IMG/VR virus record: IMGVR_UViG_2861736478_000001
Coordinates: 12,387 to 76,386 of that record
Strand: one strand, 5' to 3'
Length of the DNA stretch: 64,000 nt
Origin: a virus
Taxonomy: Duplodnaviria > Caudoviricetes
Shown: in pieces, positions 54,685 to 63,073 of the stretch
Numbering within the stretch: position 1 is the stretch's first letter
How the letters are laid out: each line of letters starts with the position of its first letter
Position numbers and translations under genes: made by a program
Notes under the pieces: generated by a model
Told to the model about the DNA's origin: nothing
The model's input: only the letters and a program-made list of their open reading frames with translations
The model's database searches: none

Positions 54685-57423
54685 GTGCAGATGCTCCTCC
54701 GTCTCGCCATCTACGCCCCCAACGGAACCCGGAAGGGTGTCCTGCCGACCACGATCGGCACAGAGGTCGGGTGGCCGTTCAACGACGTGCCCGCCCTCAA
54801 GCTGACCCACAGCCAGGCCGGGCCAGGAAGCGACCTGCTCTCCGACCCTTGCGAGATCGCCGTCGAGGTCTCGGGAGACGGAACTAGCTGGGCTGAGCCT
54901 GCCGATTCTCGGTTCCTGCTGATTCGGCGGCATCTCGATCTCACCGACAAGGCGGCCGTCGAACAGCTCGACATGCCCGGCTACGCGTGGATGCTGCGCA
55001 AGCTAATCCTCTATCCCGGCAGTCAGCCGTTGGTCGACGGCAAGCGGGCGTTTCTGAGTGCGACGCCGGGCGCGATCCTCGCCACGTTCCTGACCGAAGG
55101 GCACGCGCGCGGCACGCTGACCGGCTTGACGTGGAACTTCAGCTCCACCCACGACTCTGCGGGACAGCCGTGGGCCAAGGTCTTGACGATCTACTACGAG
55201 CCGGGGCTGGACGCGCTCACCACGCTTATCAACCTCGCCGAGCAGGGCGTGCTCGACTTCTCCATGCAGGGCCGTCAGCTGCGCGCCTACAACGCCGACA
55301 CCCAGCTGGCGCGCGACCTCGCCACCGGGCCCGCCCCGATAGATCTGCGCCACGGCCGTGACATCACCCACGCGCCCGACGTCGGCACCCTGGAGGACGC
55401 CGCGTCCGCGGTCCTGGTCGTGGGCGATAACCAGTTCCAGCAGACCTACACCAACCCCTCTGCCGTAGCGCCATGGGGGCGGTGGGAGCAGTACGTCGGC
55501 CAGGGCGGCGTGTCCGATCCCGGTACGGCGGCGCTGCTCGCCGACGCGGCACTCAAGCGCGCCGAACGGGAACGGGTGCAACGGACCCGGCAGATCAGTC
55601 TGGCGGCGGCACGCTGGTTCCCGATCCTGGACTACCGGCCCGGTGACCGGGTTCTCGCGCCCGGCGCAGGAGGTCTGCCAGAGCCGCTGCGGGTCCGGCA
55701 GGTCACCCTGGTCCGGGACCAGACAGGGGTGCTCTCCGGCAACGTCGTCCTCAACGACCGGCTGCTCGAACAGGACATCCGCCTCGCCCGACGCACAGCG
55801 GGCATCGTCGGCGGTTCGACGGCGTCCGGCGGCTCCGGGGCGCGCCCTGCGCCCGCATCACCCCGGCCGCGTTCCCCCACCGCGCCTGCCGGGCTGATTG
55901 TGGACGCGCAGGCGTACATCGACTCGGCCGGCGTCCCCCAAGGCCAGATCACTGCCACCTGGGGCGCGGTAGTCACCGACGTCAACGGCACAGCCGTCGA
56001 GATCGACGGCTACGAGCTGTTCATGCGCGTCAACCAGGCGGACGCACCGTGGTTCCTCGTCGCGCTGACCCAGGCCGACGACAGGAACGCGACCTACAGC
56101 CCGCTCGTGATCGGCGAGCAGTACGCGTTCAAGGTCCGGGCCACCAACCAGGGTGCGCGGGGCGGATTCTCGGCACAGCAGGTGGTCACGGTCCCCGACG
56201 ACATCGATGCGCCACCCGTGCCGACGCCTCCTTCGCTCTCGACCCGTCTCGGCGTCATCCACGTCGGATGGGACGGGCACGGCGTCGGTGGCGTTCTCAT
56301 GCCGTCCGACTTCGCCCATCTCCTGGTGTGGATGCAGGACCCGCTCTCGCCCGGCTGGTCCGAGGTCGGATACCTGGAGCAGGCGGGCGGGATTGTCGTA
56401 CCCGGCCAGCCGTACGGCCAGGACCGCGAGTTCCGGCTGACCGCGGTGGACCGCTCGGGCAACGAGTCCGCGCCGTCCAGCTCGGCCACGATCGCAGCCG
56501 TCCAGCTGGTGTCCGGGGACGCCGCGGCGAGTTCGATCACGACTGGGCACCTGGTCGCCAACGCCGTCACGGCGGCGAAGATCGACGTCGGTGCGATCCA
56601 GGCGGCCCACATCGGAGCGAACCAGGTGACGGCGGCCAAGCTCGAATCGGTGCTGACGCTGTCCACCCGCATCGTCGCGGGCAGCGCGGCCGGGGCTCGG
56701 GTCGAGCTCAACAGCACGGGCCTGGCCGCCTACGACTCGGGCGGCGTCCAGACGGTCTCCATCTCCTCTGCGACCGGCAGCGTGTCGCTCGTGGGCCAGC
56801 TCGCCTCGGGCGTGACGGGGGCGCGCGTCGTCATCAATCCGTCCGGGGCGATGGTCCCGGAGCTGCGCTTTTACCCCGGCGCTGGAGCCAACTACTCGCG
56901 CATCTTCAGCGACGCCTCCCTGTTCCCTGGTGAAGCGACCCTGATCAGCTTGTCGGGTACCAACAGCGGCAATACCGCCGAAACCAGGGTTATGCACGCT
57001 GCGGGCGCCTACCACGTGAGGGTCCGAAACCCGGTGACCACGCTCGACAACGGCGGCTTCCTCGCGCTGGAGGAGTCGCAATCGCGGGTCGGCTTCAACC
57101 GGCATGCCACCACCCAACTTCAGCAGCTCACCTTCCTCCCGACCTCTACCCGGCATACCGGGGCCTGGTCCTACAGCGGCGGCGACGCCGGACTCGTGAT
57201 GAGCACCGTCACAATCCCCGCCAACCAGGCCGGGGCCACCTTCACCTACGGGCCGACCATGGCCAGCTCCCCGTATGTGGTGGCCACCATCGACGTCGGC
57301 GCAACCGGCAGTCCGCGCGTCGGCGCGTGCGTGTCGGCCAGGACCACGACGAGCGTCTTCGTGAGCCCCACCACGACGCAGGTGGTCGCCATCACCGCCC
57401 AGCTCTGGGGCTGGCGCATGTAA
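54685..57423 (+). CDS. Tail tip/hub-central fibre protein 1
   Basis: Hub-like N-terminus (WPFNDVP, AWMLRKL, PWGRWE), FN3-like domains, AITAAKI repeats, C-terminal beta domain. Confidence 0.8.
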   Translation: MQMLLRLAIYAPNGTRKGVLPTTIGTEVGWPFNDVPALKLTHSQAGPGSDLLSDPCEIAVEVSGDGTSWAEPADSRFLLIRRHLDLTDKAAVEQLDMPGYAWMLRKLILYPGSQPLVDGKRAFLSATPGAILATFLTEGHARGTLTGLTWNFSSTHDSAGQPWAKVLTIYYEPGLDALTTLINLAEQGVLDFSMQGRQLRAYNADTQLARDLATGPAPIDLRHGRDITHAPDVGTLEDAASAVLVVGDNQFQQTYTNPSAVAPWGRWEQYVGQGGVSDPGTAALLADAALKRAERERVQRTRQISLAAARWFPILDYRPGDRVLAPGAGGLPEPLRVRQVTLVRDQTGVLSGNVVLNDRLLEQDIRLARRTAGIVGGSTASGGSGARPAPASPRPRSPTAPAGLIVDAQAYIDSAGVPQGQITATWGAVVTDVNGTAVEIDGYELFMRVNQADAPWFLVALTQADDRNATYSPLVIGEQYAFKVRATNQGARGGFSAQQVVTVPDDIDAPPVPTPPSLSTRLGVIHVGWDGHGVGGVLMPSDFAHLLVWMQDPLSPGWSEVGYLEQAGGIVVPGQPYGQDREFRLTAVDRSGNESAPSSSATIAAVQLVSGDAAASSITTGHLVANAVTAAKIDVGAIQAAHIGANQVTAAKLESVLTLSTRIVAGSAAGARVELNSTGLAAYDSGGVQTVSISSATGSVSLVGQLASGVTGARVVINPSGAMVPELRFYPGAGANYSRIFSDASLFPGEATLISLSGTNSGNTAETRVMHAAGAYHVRVRNPVTTLDNGGFLALEESQSRVGFNRHATTQLQQLTFLPTSTRHTGAWSYSGGDAGLVMSTVTIPANQAGATFTYGPTMASSPYVVATIDVGATGSPRVGACVSARTTTSVFVSPTTTQVVAITAQLWGWRM

Positions 57424-57438
57424 CCCAAGGAGTACTGA

Positions 57439-57588
57439 GTGCAGGACCTGAACGTCGAGGCAGAGGCGGTCATCGCTGCCCTCCGCCGCCGCGTCGACGA
57501 GCTGAGCTACGAGAACGTCCTCCTGTCGCTCGCGGTGGACCAGCTGCAACAGCAGCTCGGCGCACCGATCCGGAAGAACGCAGGCTGA
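57439..57588 (+). CDS. 49-aa coiled-coil protein between the two tail-tip genes
   Basis: AAGGAG RBS. VQDLNVEAEAVIAALRRRVDELSYENVLLSLAVDQLQQQL. Confidence 0.65.
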   Translation: MQDLNVEAEAVIAALRRRVDELSYENVLLSLAVDQLQQQLGAPIRKNAG

Positions 57589-57594
57589 GCCGCC

Positions 57595-60369
57595 ATGCAA
57601 GTGATCATCCCTGGGGAGCGGCCCCGGTTCGGAGTCCGGCTTGTCGCCCATGCTCCCAACGGGCCCCGGCTCGGACTCCTTGGAGCGCCCCTGAGCTGGG
57701 ACGCCGGGCTTCCGCTGAACGATGTGCCAAGCCTGGAGCTGACCTACACCGCCCACGCTCAAGGCGCGGCCTGGCTGCGAGAGCCGTGCGAAGTTGCGCT
57801 GGAGTACAGCGTGGACGGCGGCGCGTGGAGCGAGGCCGCCAACGGCAGGTTCCTGAGGATCAAAAGGTCAGGAGATGCGACCGACCAGACCGGCGCACAG
57901 CGATTCTCGCTGCCCGGATGGGCGTGGATGCTGCGCAAGCTCGTCCTCTACCCGTCACTCGACATGGTCGACGGCAAGCGCCAGTTCAACGCCGTCCGCG
58001 TCGGCCGCATCCTCACCACGCTGATCGCCGAGGGGTCCGGCCGCGGAACCCTTCCCGGCCTGGTCGTGGACTTCACAGCCACGCACGACTCTGCCGGCCA
58101 GCCGTGGTCGGCAGAGCTGACGATCGGCCTGGAGCCCGGAACCGACCTCCTCCAGCTCCTCATCAACCTGTCTGAGCAGGGCGTATGCGACTGGCAGATG
58201 ACCGGTCGCGTTCTGCAGGTCTACAACGAGGGCACCGCGTTGGGTCGCCAACTGGCCGCCGGACCGGCGCCGGTCGAGCTGATCCTGGGCCGCGACATCG
58301 ACCAGGCCCCTGACGACGCGACGCTCGAAGACGCCGCATCGGCGATCCTCGTCGTTGGCGAGGAAGGGCTACGAGTCGAGGTCACCAACCCGGCCGCTGT
58401 CGCGCCGTGGGGCCGGTGGGAGGCATTCCAGCAGCAGGGCGGCGTCAAGGACGAGGGCACCGCCCGGCTGCTTGCTGGTCAGGCGTTGGAGCGCGCGAGC
58501 CGGGAGCGGGTGCAGTTCACCCGCCAGATCAAGCCGCAGCAGGCACGATTCCTGCCGCTGGTCGACTATCGGCCGGGCGACACCATCCGGGCGCCGGGGG
58601 AGGAGGGCAAGCCCGAGCCGCTGCGGATCCGGCAGATCACGCTGTCGCGCGGTGACGACGGCGTCGTGGGCGGCAACCTCACGCTGAACGACAGGTTCTT
58701 GGAGAGGGAGATCAAGCTCGCCCGCCAGGCCGCCGGCATTCTCAACGGCGGCGTCTCCGGCGGGGGCAACGGCGGGGATCCCGGAGGGGACAACGAGAAC
58801 CGCGTCCCAGCAGCCCCGACCGGTCTCCTCGTGAACCCGGCCGCCTACCTGGATGACGAGGGATACGCCCACGGGCAGATCACCGTCTCGTGGGTCGGCG
58901 TGACCAGCGACGTCAACGGCACGCCGCTCACGGTCGACGGCTACGAGCTGGTCGGGCAGACCCCGCCGGGCACGGGCGCGATGCGCGTCCTGGCCACGAC
59001 CACCGGCACAAGCGTCAGCTACTCGCCGCTGGAGCCCAAGACTCGCTGGCAGTTCGGGGTCCGTGCCACCAACCAGGGCACGCGAGGCGTGGTCGCGGGC
59101 ACGGCGGTGATCACCATCCCGGACGACGAGACGCCGCCGCCGGGCCCGTCCGCGCCGGTCGTCGACAGCCGAATCGGGATCTTCCGGATCACGTGGGACG
59201 GGTTCACCAGCGCGGGCACTGGCATGCCCACGGACTTCGCCCGCGTTTTGATCATGATGCGGGATCCGCTGGACCTCAGCGATGAGGGCCAGCAGGTCGA
59301 GTGGCTCGAACGCGCGGGCACCGCCGTGGTGCCCGGCCAGCCGTACAGCGTTGACCGGGAATTCTGGCTGGTCGCGATCGACAGGTCCGGCAATCTCAGC
59401 GGCGCATCAGCTCACGTCATGTCGCAAGCGAAACCGCTTGTGAATTCGGACATGATCGGCGAGATCATCAACGGAGCCGAGCACATCATCACCGGCTCCA
59501 TCCCGGCCAACGCGAAGATAGTCGCTGGATCAATTACTGGCGGCCTCATCCAGGCGCTCGCCATCGACGCGGGGAAGATCGCCGCGAACGCCATCAGCGC
59601 CGACAAGATCGTGGCGGGTGCGATCGACGCGGCGCATATCAAAGCCAACGCGGTCACTGCGGACAAGATCGCGGCAGGGTCCATCACCGCTGCGAAGATC
59701 GACGCCGACGCGCTCAACGGCAAGGTCATTACCGGCCCCGTCATCCGGAGCTCGGCCACCGGGCGCAGGTTCGTTCTCGACAGCAGCACGCTCGACCTGC
59801 GGTTCTACCCGTCCGGATCGTCGAACTACTCCCGCGTCTACGCGGAAGACTCGGGCGGCGAAGCCGCAGTGGCTATCACCACGAACACGTCGTTCTCGCA
59901 GCGGGCCGAGCTGCGAGTGAACTCGAGCCTGATCAGGCTCGGCATGATCAGTAGCGGTGGCGGACAGTCCGGCGGCGGCTTGGACATCGCCTCCAGCTAC
60001 GCCCGATACGGCTACAGCGCCGGTAGCTCCTCCACCGAGGCGTCGATCCTGTTCGACGGCGCTGGCAAATGGACCATGAAGGGCAGGGTCTGGGAGTTCA
60101 CCACCTCCAGCGCCTACGAAACGATCTGCGCCGGATCAGGCGTCGTTTCCTCCGGCTACGTCGGCGTCACGATCACGTACGGACCGTATATGGCCGGCAA
60201 CATGGGGCCCGTCGCGGTGGTGCGCGATGGCGCGACCACTCCGAACTTTTATTGGTGCTTGGACGCCTCCAGCCCTTCCGGGTTCTCGATCGGCTGGTCC
60301 TCTGGCGGCGGAGTCTATTCGGGCAAAGCCTTCTACTTCTGGTCCTTCCGCCACCCGGGCTCAGCGTGA
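57595..60369 (+). CDS. Tail tip/hub-central fibre protein 2 (full-length paralog of protein 1)
   Basis: LPLNDVP, AWMLRKL, PWGRWE, FN3-like domains, AISADKI repeats, LRFYP..SNYSR. Confidence 0.8.
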   Translation: MQVIIPGERPRFGVRLVAHAPNGPRLGLLGAPLSWDAGLPLNDVPSLELTYTAHAQGAAWLREPCEVALEYSVDGGAWSEAANGRFLRIKRSGDATDQTGAQRFSLPGWAWMLRKLVLYPSLDMVDGKRQFNAVRVGRILTTLIAEGSGRGTLPGLVVDFTATHDSAGQPWSAELTIGLEPGTDLLQLLINLSEQGVCDWQMTGRVLQVYNEGTALGRQLAAGPAPVELILGRDIDQAPDDATLEDAASAILVVGEEGLRVEVTNPAAVAPWGRWEAFQQQGGVKDEGTARLLAGQALERASRERVQFTRQIKPQQARFLPLVDYRPGDTIRAPGEEGKPEPLRIRQITLSRGDDGVVGGNLTLNDRFLEREIKLARQAAGILNGGVSGGGNGGDPGGDNENRVPAAPTGLLVNPAAYLDDEGYAHGQITVSWVGVTSDVNGTPLTVDGYELVGQTPPGTGAMRVLATTTGTSVSYSPLEPKTRWQFGVRATNQGTRGVVAGTAVITIPDDETPPPGPSAPVVDSRIGIFRITWDGFTSAGTGMPTDFARVLIMMRDPLDLSDEGQQVEWLERAGTAVVPGQPYSVDREFWLVAIDRSGNLSGASAHVMSQAKPLVNSDMIGEIINGAEHIITGSIPANAKIVAGSITGGLIQALAIDAGKIAANAISADKIVAGAIDAAHIKANAVTADKIAAGSITAAKIDADALNGKVITGPVIRSSATGRRFVLDSSTLDLRFYPSGSSNYSRVYAEDSGGEAAVAITTNTSFSQRAELRVNSSLIRLGMISSGGGQSGGGLDIASSYARYGYSAGSSSTEASILFDGAGKWTMKGRVWEFTTSSAYETICAGSGVVSSGYVGVTITYGPYMAGNMGPVAVVRDGATTPNFYWCLDASSPSGFSIGWSSGGGVYSGKAFYFWSFRHPGSA

Positions 60370-60402
60370 GCCGCGGGTCGGCGATTCCTGCGTGCAAGGA
60401 GC

Positions 60403-61089
60403 GTGAACGCATTGACGGTTGAGATGTGGAAGGTGTGGGATTCCGAGCTCGGCTACACCCCCACCGACTTCATGGAGGGCGAACAGAACGCGGCAGTTGC
60501 ACCACCCCGTGATGGCGCCGACCCGCTGTGGGGTGTGAGCCGCGTCGATGAGCAAGGGCACGCCCACATCCATATCTTCCCGCACACCGCGCTGGAGTGG
60601 CGGGCTGCGGAGTACGGCATTGACCACGACGACGTGGAAACGCTCCTGGACGTGATCTTGCACGAGCCGTGGATCCCAGCACTGGATGATCCACTGGCGT
60701 TCACCGATCCGCGGGCCGCGAAGATCTTGGCCGACATCCACGGACTGCCCACCGTCTGGACTCCAGGTGTCAGCGACGAGGTGCGCAGGCAGGCGCACCT
60801 GGAACGCATCAACGCGGTGAAAACCCACCGCGCCAGATTGGACGCAGAGACGAAGCAGGTCCGGCAGGGTGTGGTCGACTACCTGGGCATCAGCGTGACC
60901 TTGCCGGACGATCCGCTCGCAGCGGTTCGTGCAGCCCGCCTGGACCCCATCCGCGTCCAGGCACGGCAGCTCGCGGTGGCCCGCAACCGTGACCGCGGTC
61001 AAGGGTTCACACCTGTCACGATCACGTCGAAGCCAGCCATGACCTTCGCGGGCCGTAAGCCATGGTCGGGCGTGGAGGTGAGCGGGTGA
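60403..61089 (+). CDS. Hypothetical protein after the tail tip (possible tail chaperone)
   Basis: AAGGAG RBS. HIFP...LEWRAAEYGID..DV.TLLDVILHE motif. Confidence 0.65.
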   Translation: MNALTVEMWKVWDSELGYTPTDFMEGEQNAAVAPPRDGADPLWGVSRVDEQGHAHIHIFPHTALEWRAAEYGIDHDDVETLLDVILHEPWIPALDDPLAFTDPRAAKILADIHGLPTVWTPGVSDEVRRQAHLERINAVKTHRARLDAETKQVRQGVVDYLGISVTLPDDPLAAVRAARLDPIRVQARQLAVARNRDRGQGFTPVTITSKPAMTFAGRKPWSGVEVSG

Positions 61090-61478
61090 CGGGCATCCTC
61101 TGGCTGGACCTCTTCGTCACCGTCACGATCGTCGGCGGTGCCCTCGGACTCCTCGCGCGAGCAGTGACCGGCCTGGCTCGCCGACTGCGTCGTCTGTCGC
61201 ACTTCTTGGATGATTGGAACGGTGAGGAAGCGCGGCCCGGCGTGCCGTTCAGGCCGGGTTTCGCCGAACGGGTGGCGCTGATCGAGGCGGAGCTCAAGCC
61301 CAATCACGGCTCCTCACTGCGTGATGCGATCAACAGGGTCGAGCAGGGAGTGCGCCGAGTCGAGGACGGACTGGCTTCCCACCTTCAGCAGCACCGCGAG
61401 GCACTGCTACCGGTCGAGCGCCTACGCGGGGGAGCCGGAGCGGGCGAGACGGCGGAAGGTACGCCTCCTCCCGAATGA
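61086..61478 (+). CDS. Lysis-region membrane protein (TM plus coiled coil)
   Basis: N-terminal TM, FLDDW.GE.ARPG, PNHGSSLRDAINRVE. Confidence 0.7.
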   Translation: MTGILWLDLFVTVTIVGGALGLLARAVTGLARRLRRLSHFLDDWNGEEARPGVPFRPGFAERVALIEAELKPNHGSSLRDAINRVEQGVRRVEDGLASHLQQHREALLPVERLRGGAGAGETAEGTPPPE

Positions 61479-61604
61479 CGATCTTTCCGACAGACGGCGG
61501 CGTTCTCGTTGTGCCCGCTGTCCTCCCTATTCATGTACCGACCTCGGCGTTCGGGCTCACCGTCGCCGAGTGGCTTCTCCTCGACCCCGTACAGGAGGTG
61601 AGCA

Positions 61605-61775
61605 ATGTCTGAACCGACCGAGGAACAGCTCGTGGCCGCGGGCGTGGACCTGAGGCCATGGGGCCCGACAGAGCCTGACGAAGAGCAGGTGCTGCGCGGC
61701 CTGGGCTACGTCCTCAACCCGCTGACCGGCACCTACGAAGGCGACCCCCACGACGAGGACGGAGCACCCGAATGA
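61605..61775 (+). CDS. 56-aa acidic protein coupled to endolysin
   Basis: AGGAGG RBS. MSEPTEEQL...EPDEEQVLRGLGY. ATGA overlap with the endolysin. Confidence 0.6.
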   Translation: MSEPTEEQLVAAGVDLRPWGPTEPDEEQVLRGLGYVLNPLTGTYEGDPHDEDGAPE

Positions 61776-62539
61776 GCGTCAACGCCATGTTGGCCGCCGC
61801 CCGCGCGACCCTCGGTACGCAGGGCCGGCCGAACGGCATCACCCGCGCGTACGCTACCCGGCACGGCGCTGCCTTCCTCACCGCGCCCTGGTGCAACATG
61901 AGCGTGACCGAGTGGGCGCGACGCTCCAGCAACGCCCCGGCGGTGCTGCCCCGCGGTGACCGGGCCTACACGGTCTGGCACGCGCAAGACGGCAAGGAAC
62001 TGCGCCGGTGGTTTGCGGGCACGGCCGACAACCTCCGCAAGCACGCCCGGCCAGGCGCGATCGTGTTCTTCGACTGGTCCGGCACCAACACCATCGGCGC
62101 CATCGACCACGTCGGAATCGTCGAGCGAAACCTGGGCGACGGCAGAATCCAGACCATCGAAGGAAACACTGGCGACGCCTGCCGCCGTCGTGTCCGATCC
62201 GCAAGCGTTATCGCTGGCTTCTGGTGCCCGCCGTACGAGGAGCCCACCAAACCCTCCCAGCCCAAGCCGAAGCCCGAACGCGACTGGATGGAGGAGATCG
62301 TGAAGAAGCTGCCCGCCCTCTACTACGACGGCGACAAGCCGCTCACCGGCTGGCACGTCAAGACCCTGACCTGCCTGCTGGAGGCCCGCGGCTACCCCGT
62401 ACCGACGACGGTGGATGGCACCGTCTTCACCCGACACCACGACAAGCAGCTACGCGAGTTCCAGAAGGCCGCCGGTCTCAGTGGCGAGGCCGGCCGGACC
62501 GGCACCCGCACGTGGGCAGCGCTGCTCAAGGTCGCCTGA
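61772..62539 (+). CDS. Endolysin, CHAP domain plus peptidoglycan-binding domain
   Basis: PWCNM, PGAIVFFDW, IDHVGIVE, TIEGNT. C-terminal LREFQKAAGL..G.RTWAALL. Confidence 0.9.
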   Translation: MSVNAMLAAARATLGTQGRPNGITRAYATRHGAAFLTAPWCNMSVTEWARRSSNAPAVLPRGDRAYTVWHAQDGKELRRWFAGTADNLRKHARPGAIVFFDWSGTNTIGAIDHVGIVERNLGDGRIQTIEGNTGDACRRRVRSASVIAGFWCPPYEEPTKPSQPKPKPERDWMEEIVKKLPALYYDGDKPLTGWHVKTLTCLLEARGYPVPTTVDGTVFTRHHDKQLREFQKAAGLSGEAGRTGTRTWAALLKVA

Positions 62540-62742
62540 CATAGACCAGAACGGCAACGCCGCCCAAGCCCCCCCAGCCCAAGCCCTGGACGGACGACTG
62601 GACCAGCCCCGAAGACGCCCTCGGCGACGAGCCGACCGAGCAGCGCGTGCCAGGCCTGATCGATGAGGCGAACTAGGCACCGCTCTGCCCGCCCGCTCTA
62701 CCGCCCCGCAGGTCGCGGGGCTTCGCATTTCTAGGAGTGATC

Positions 62743-63009
62743 ATGTTTCATCAGTGGCTTCTCAGCCTGTGGCGCACCGTCGTGCCGTCGCTCGTCGGAG
62801 GCATCCTCGGGTGGCTCGCCCTTCGCGGCATCGCCATCGAGGGCGTTACTGCCGAGCAGATCAGCGCTGGCGCGGTCGTGCTCGGCACCGGCCTGTACTA
62901 CGGCGTCTTTCGGGCTCTGGAGCAGCGCTGGCCCGCTCTTGGCATCCTGCTTGGATCTACCAAGACCCCCACCTACGCGCAGCGTCAGCCGTACGACTAC
63001 TCGCGCTGA
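62743..63009 (+). CDS. Holin
   Basis: WRTVVP..VG..LGWL...YY...RALEQRWP.LG.LLG..K.PTY, two TM helices, after the endolysin. Confidence 0.8.
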   Translation: MFHQWLLSLWRTVVPSLVGGILGWLALRGIAIEGVTAEQISAGAVVLGTGLYYGVFRALEQRWPALGILLGSTKTPTYAQRQPYDYSR

Positions 63010-63023
63010 TCGGCACCCGGCTT

Positions 63024-63067
63024 GAAGCCCCCGTCAACCCGATTTCGGGTTGACGGGGGCTTCTTTT
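63024..63067. terminator. Bidirectional intrinsic terminator
   Basis: 18-bp perfect stem GAAGCCCCCGTCAACCCG/CGGGTTGACGGGGGCTTC followed by TTTT, between convergent genes. Confidence 0.9.
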
Positions 63068-63073
63068 GAATGC

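Noticed and set aside
55858-57762. 634-aa minus-strand ORF (similarly 48767..51217 + and 22971..24326 -)
   Set aside because: Alternative-frame shadows of tail or collagen genes, Arg/Gly/Pro-rich and without domain signal.
54685-60369. DGR or invertible shufflon for tail switching
   Set aside because: No reverse transcriptase or TR/VR near-identical repeat. The paralogs are co-oriented and have no flanking inverted sites.
62560-62676. Short frame reading PKPPQPKPWTDDW... after the endolysin
   Set aside because: No start codon after the in-frame TAG at 62542. At most a gene remnant.
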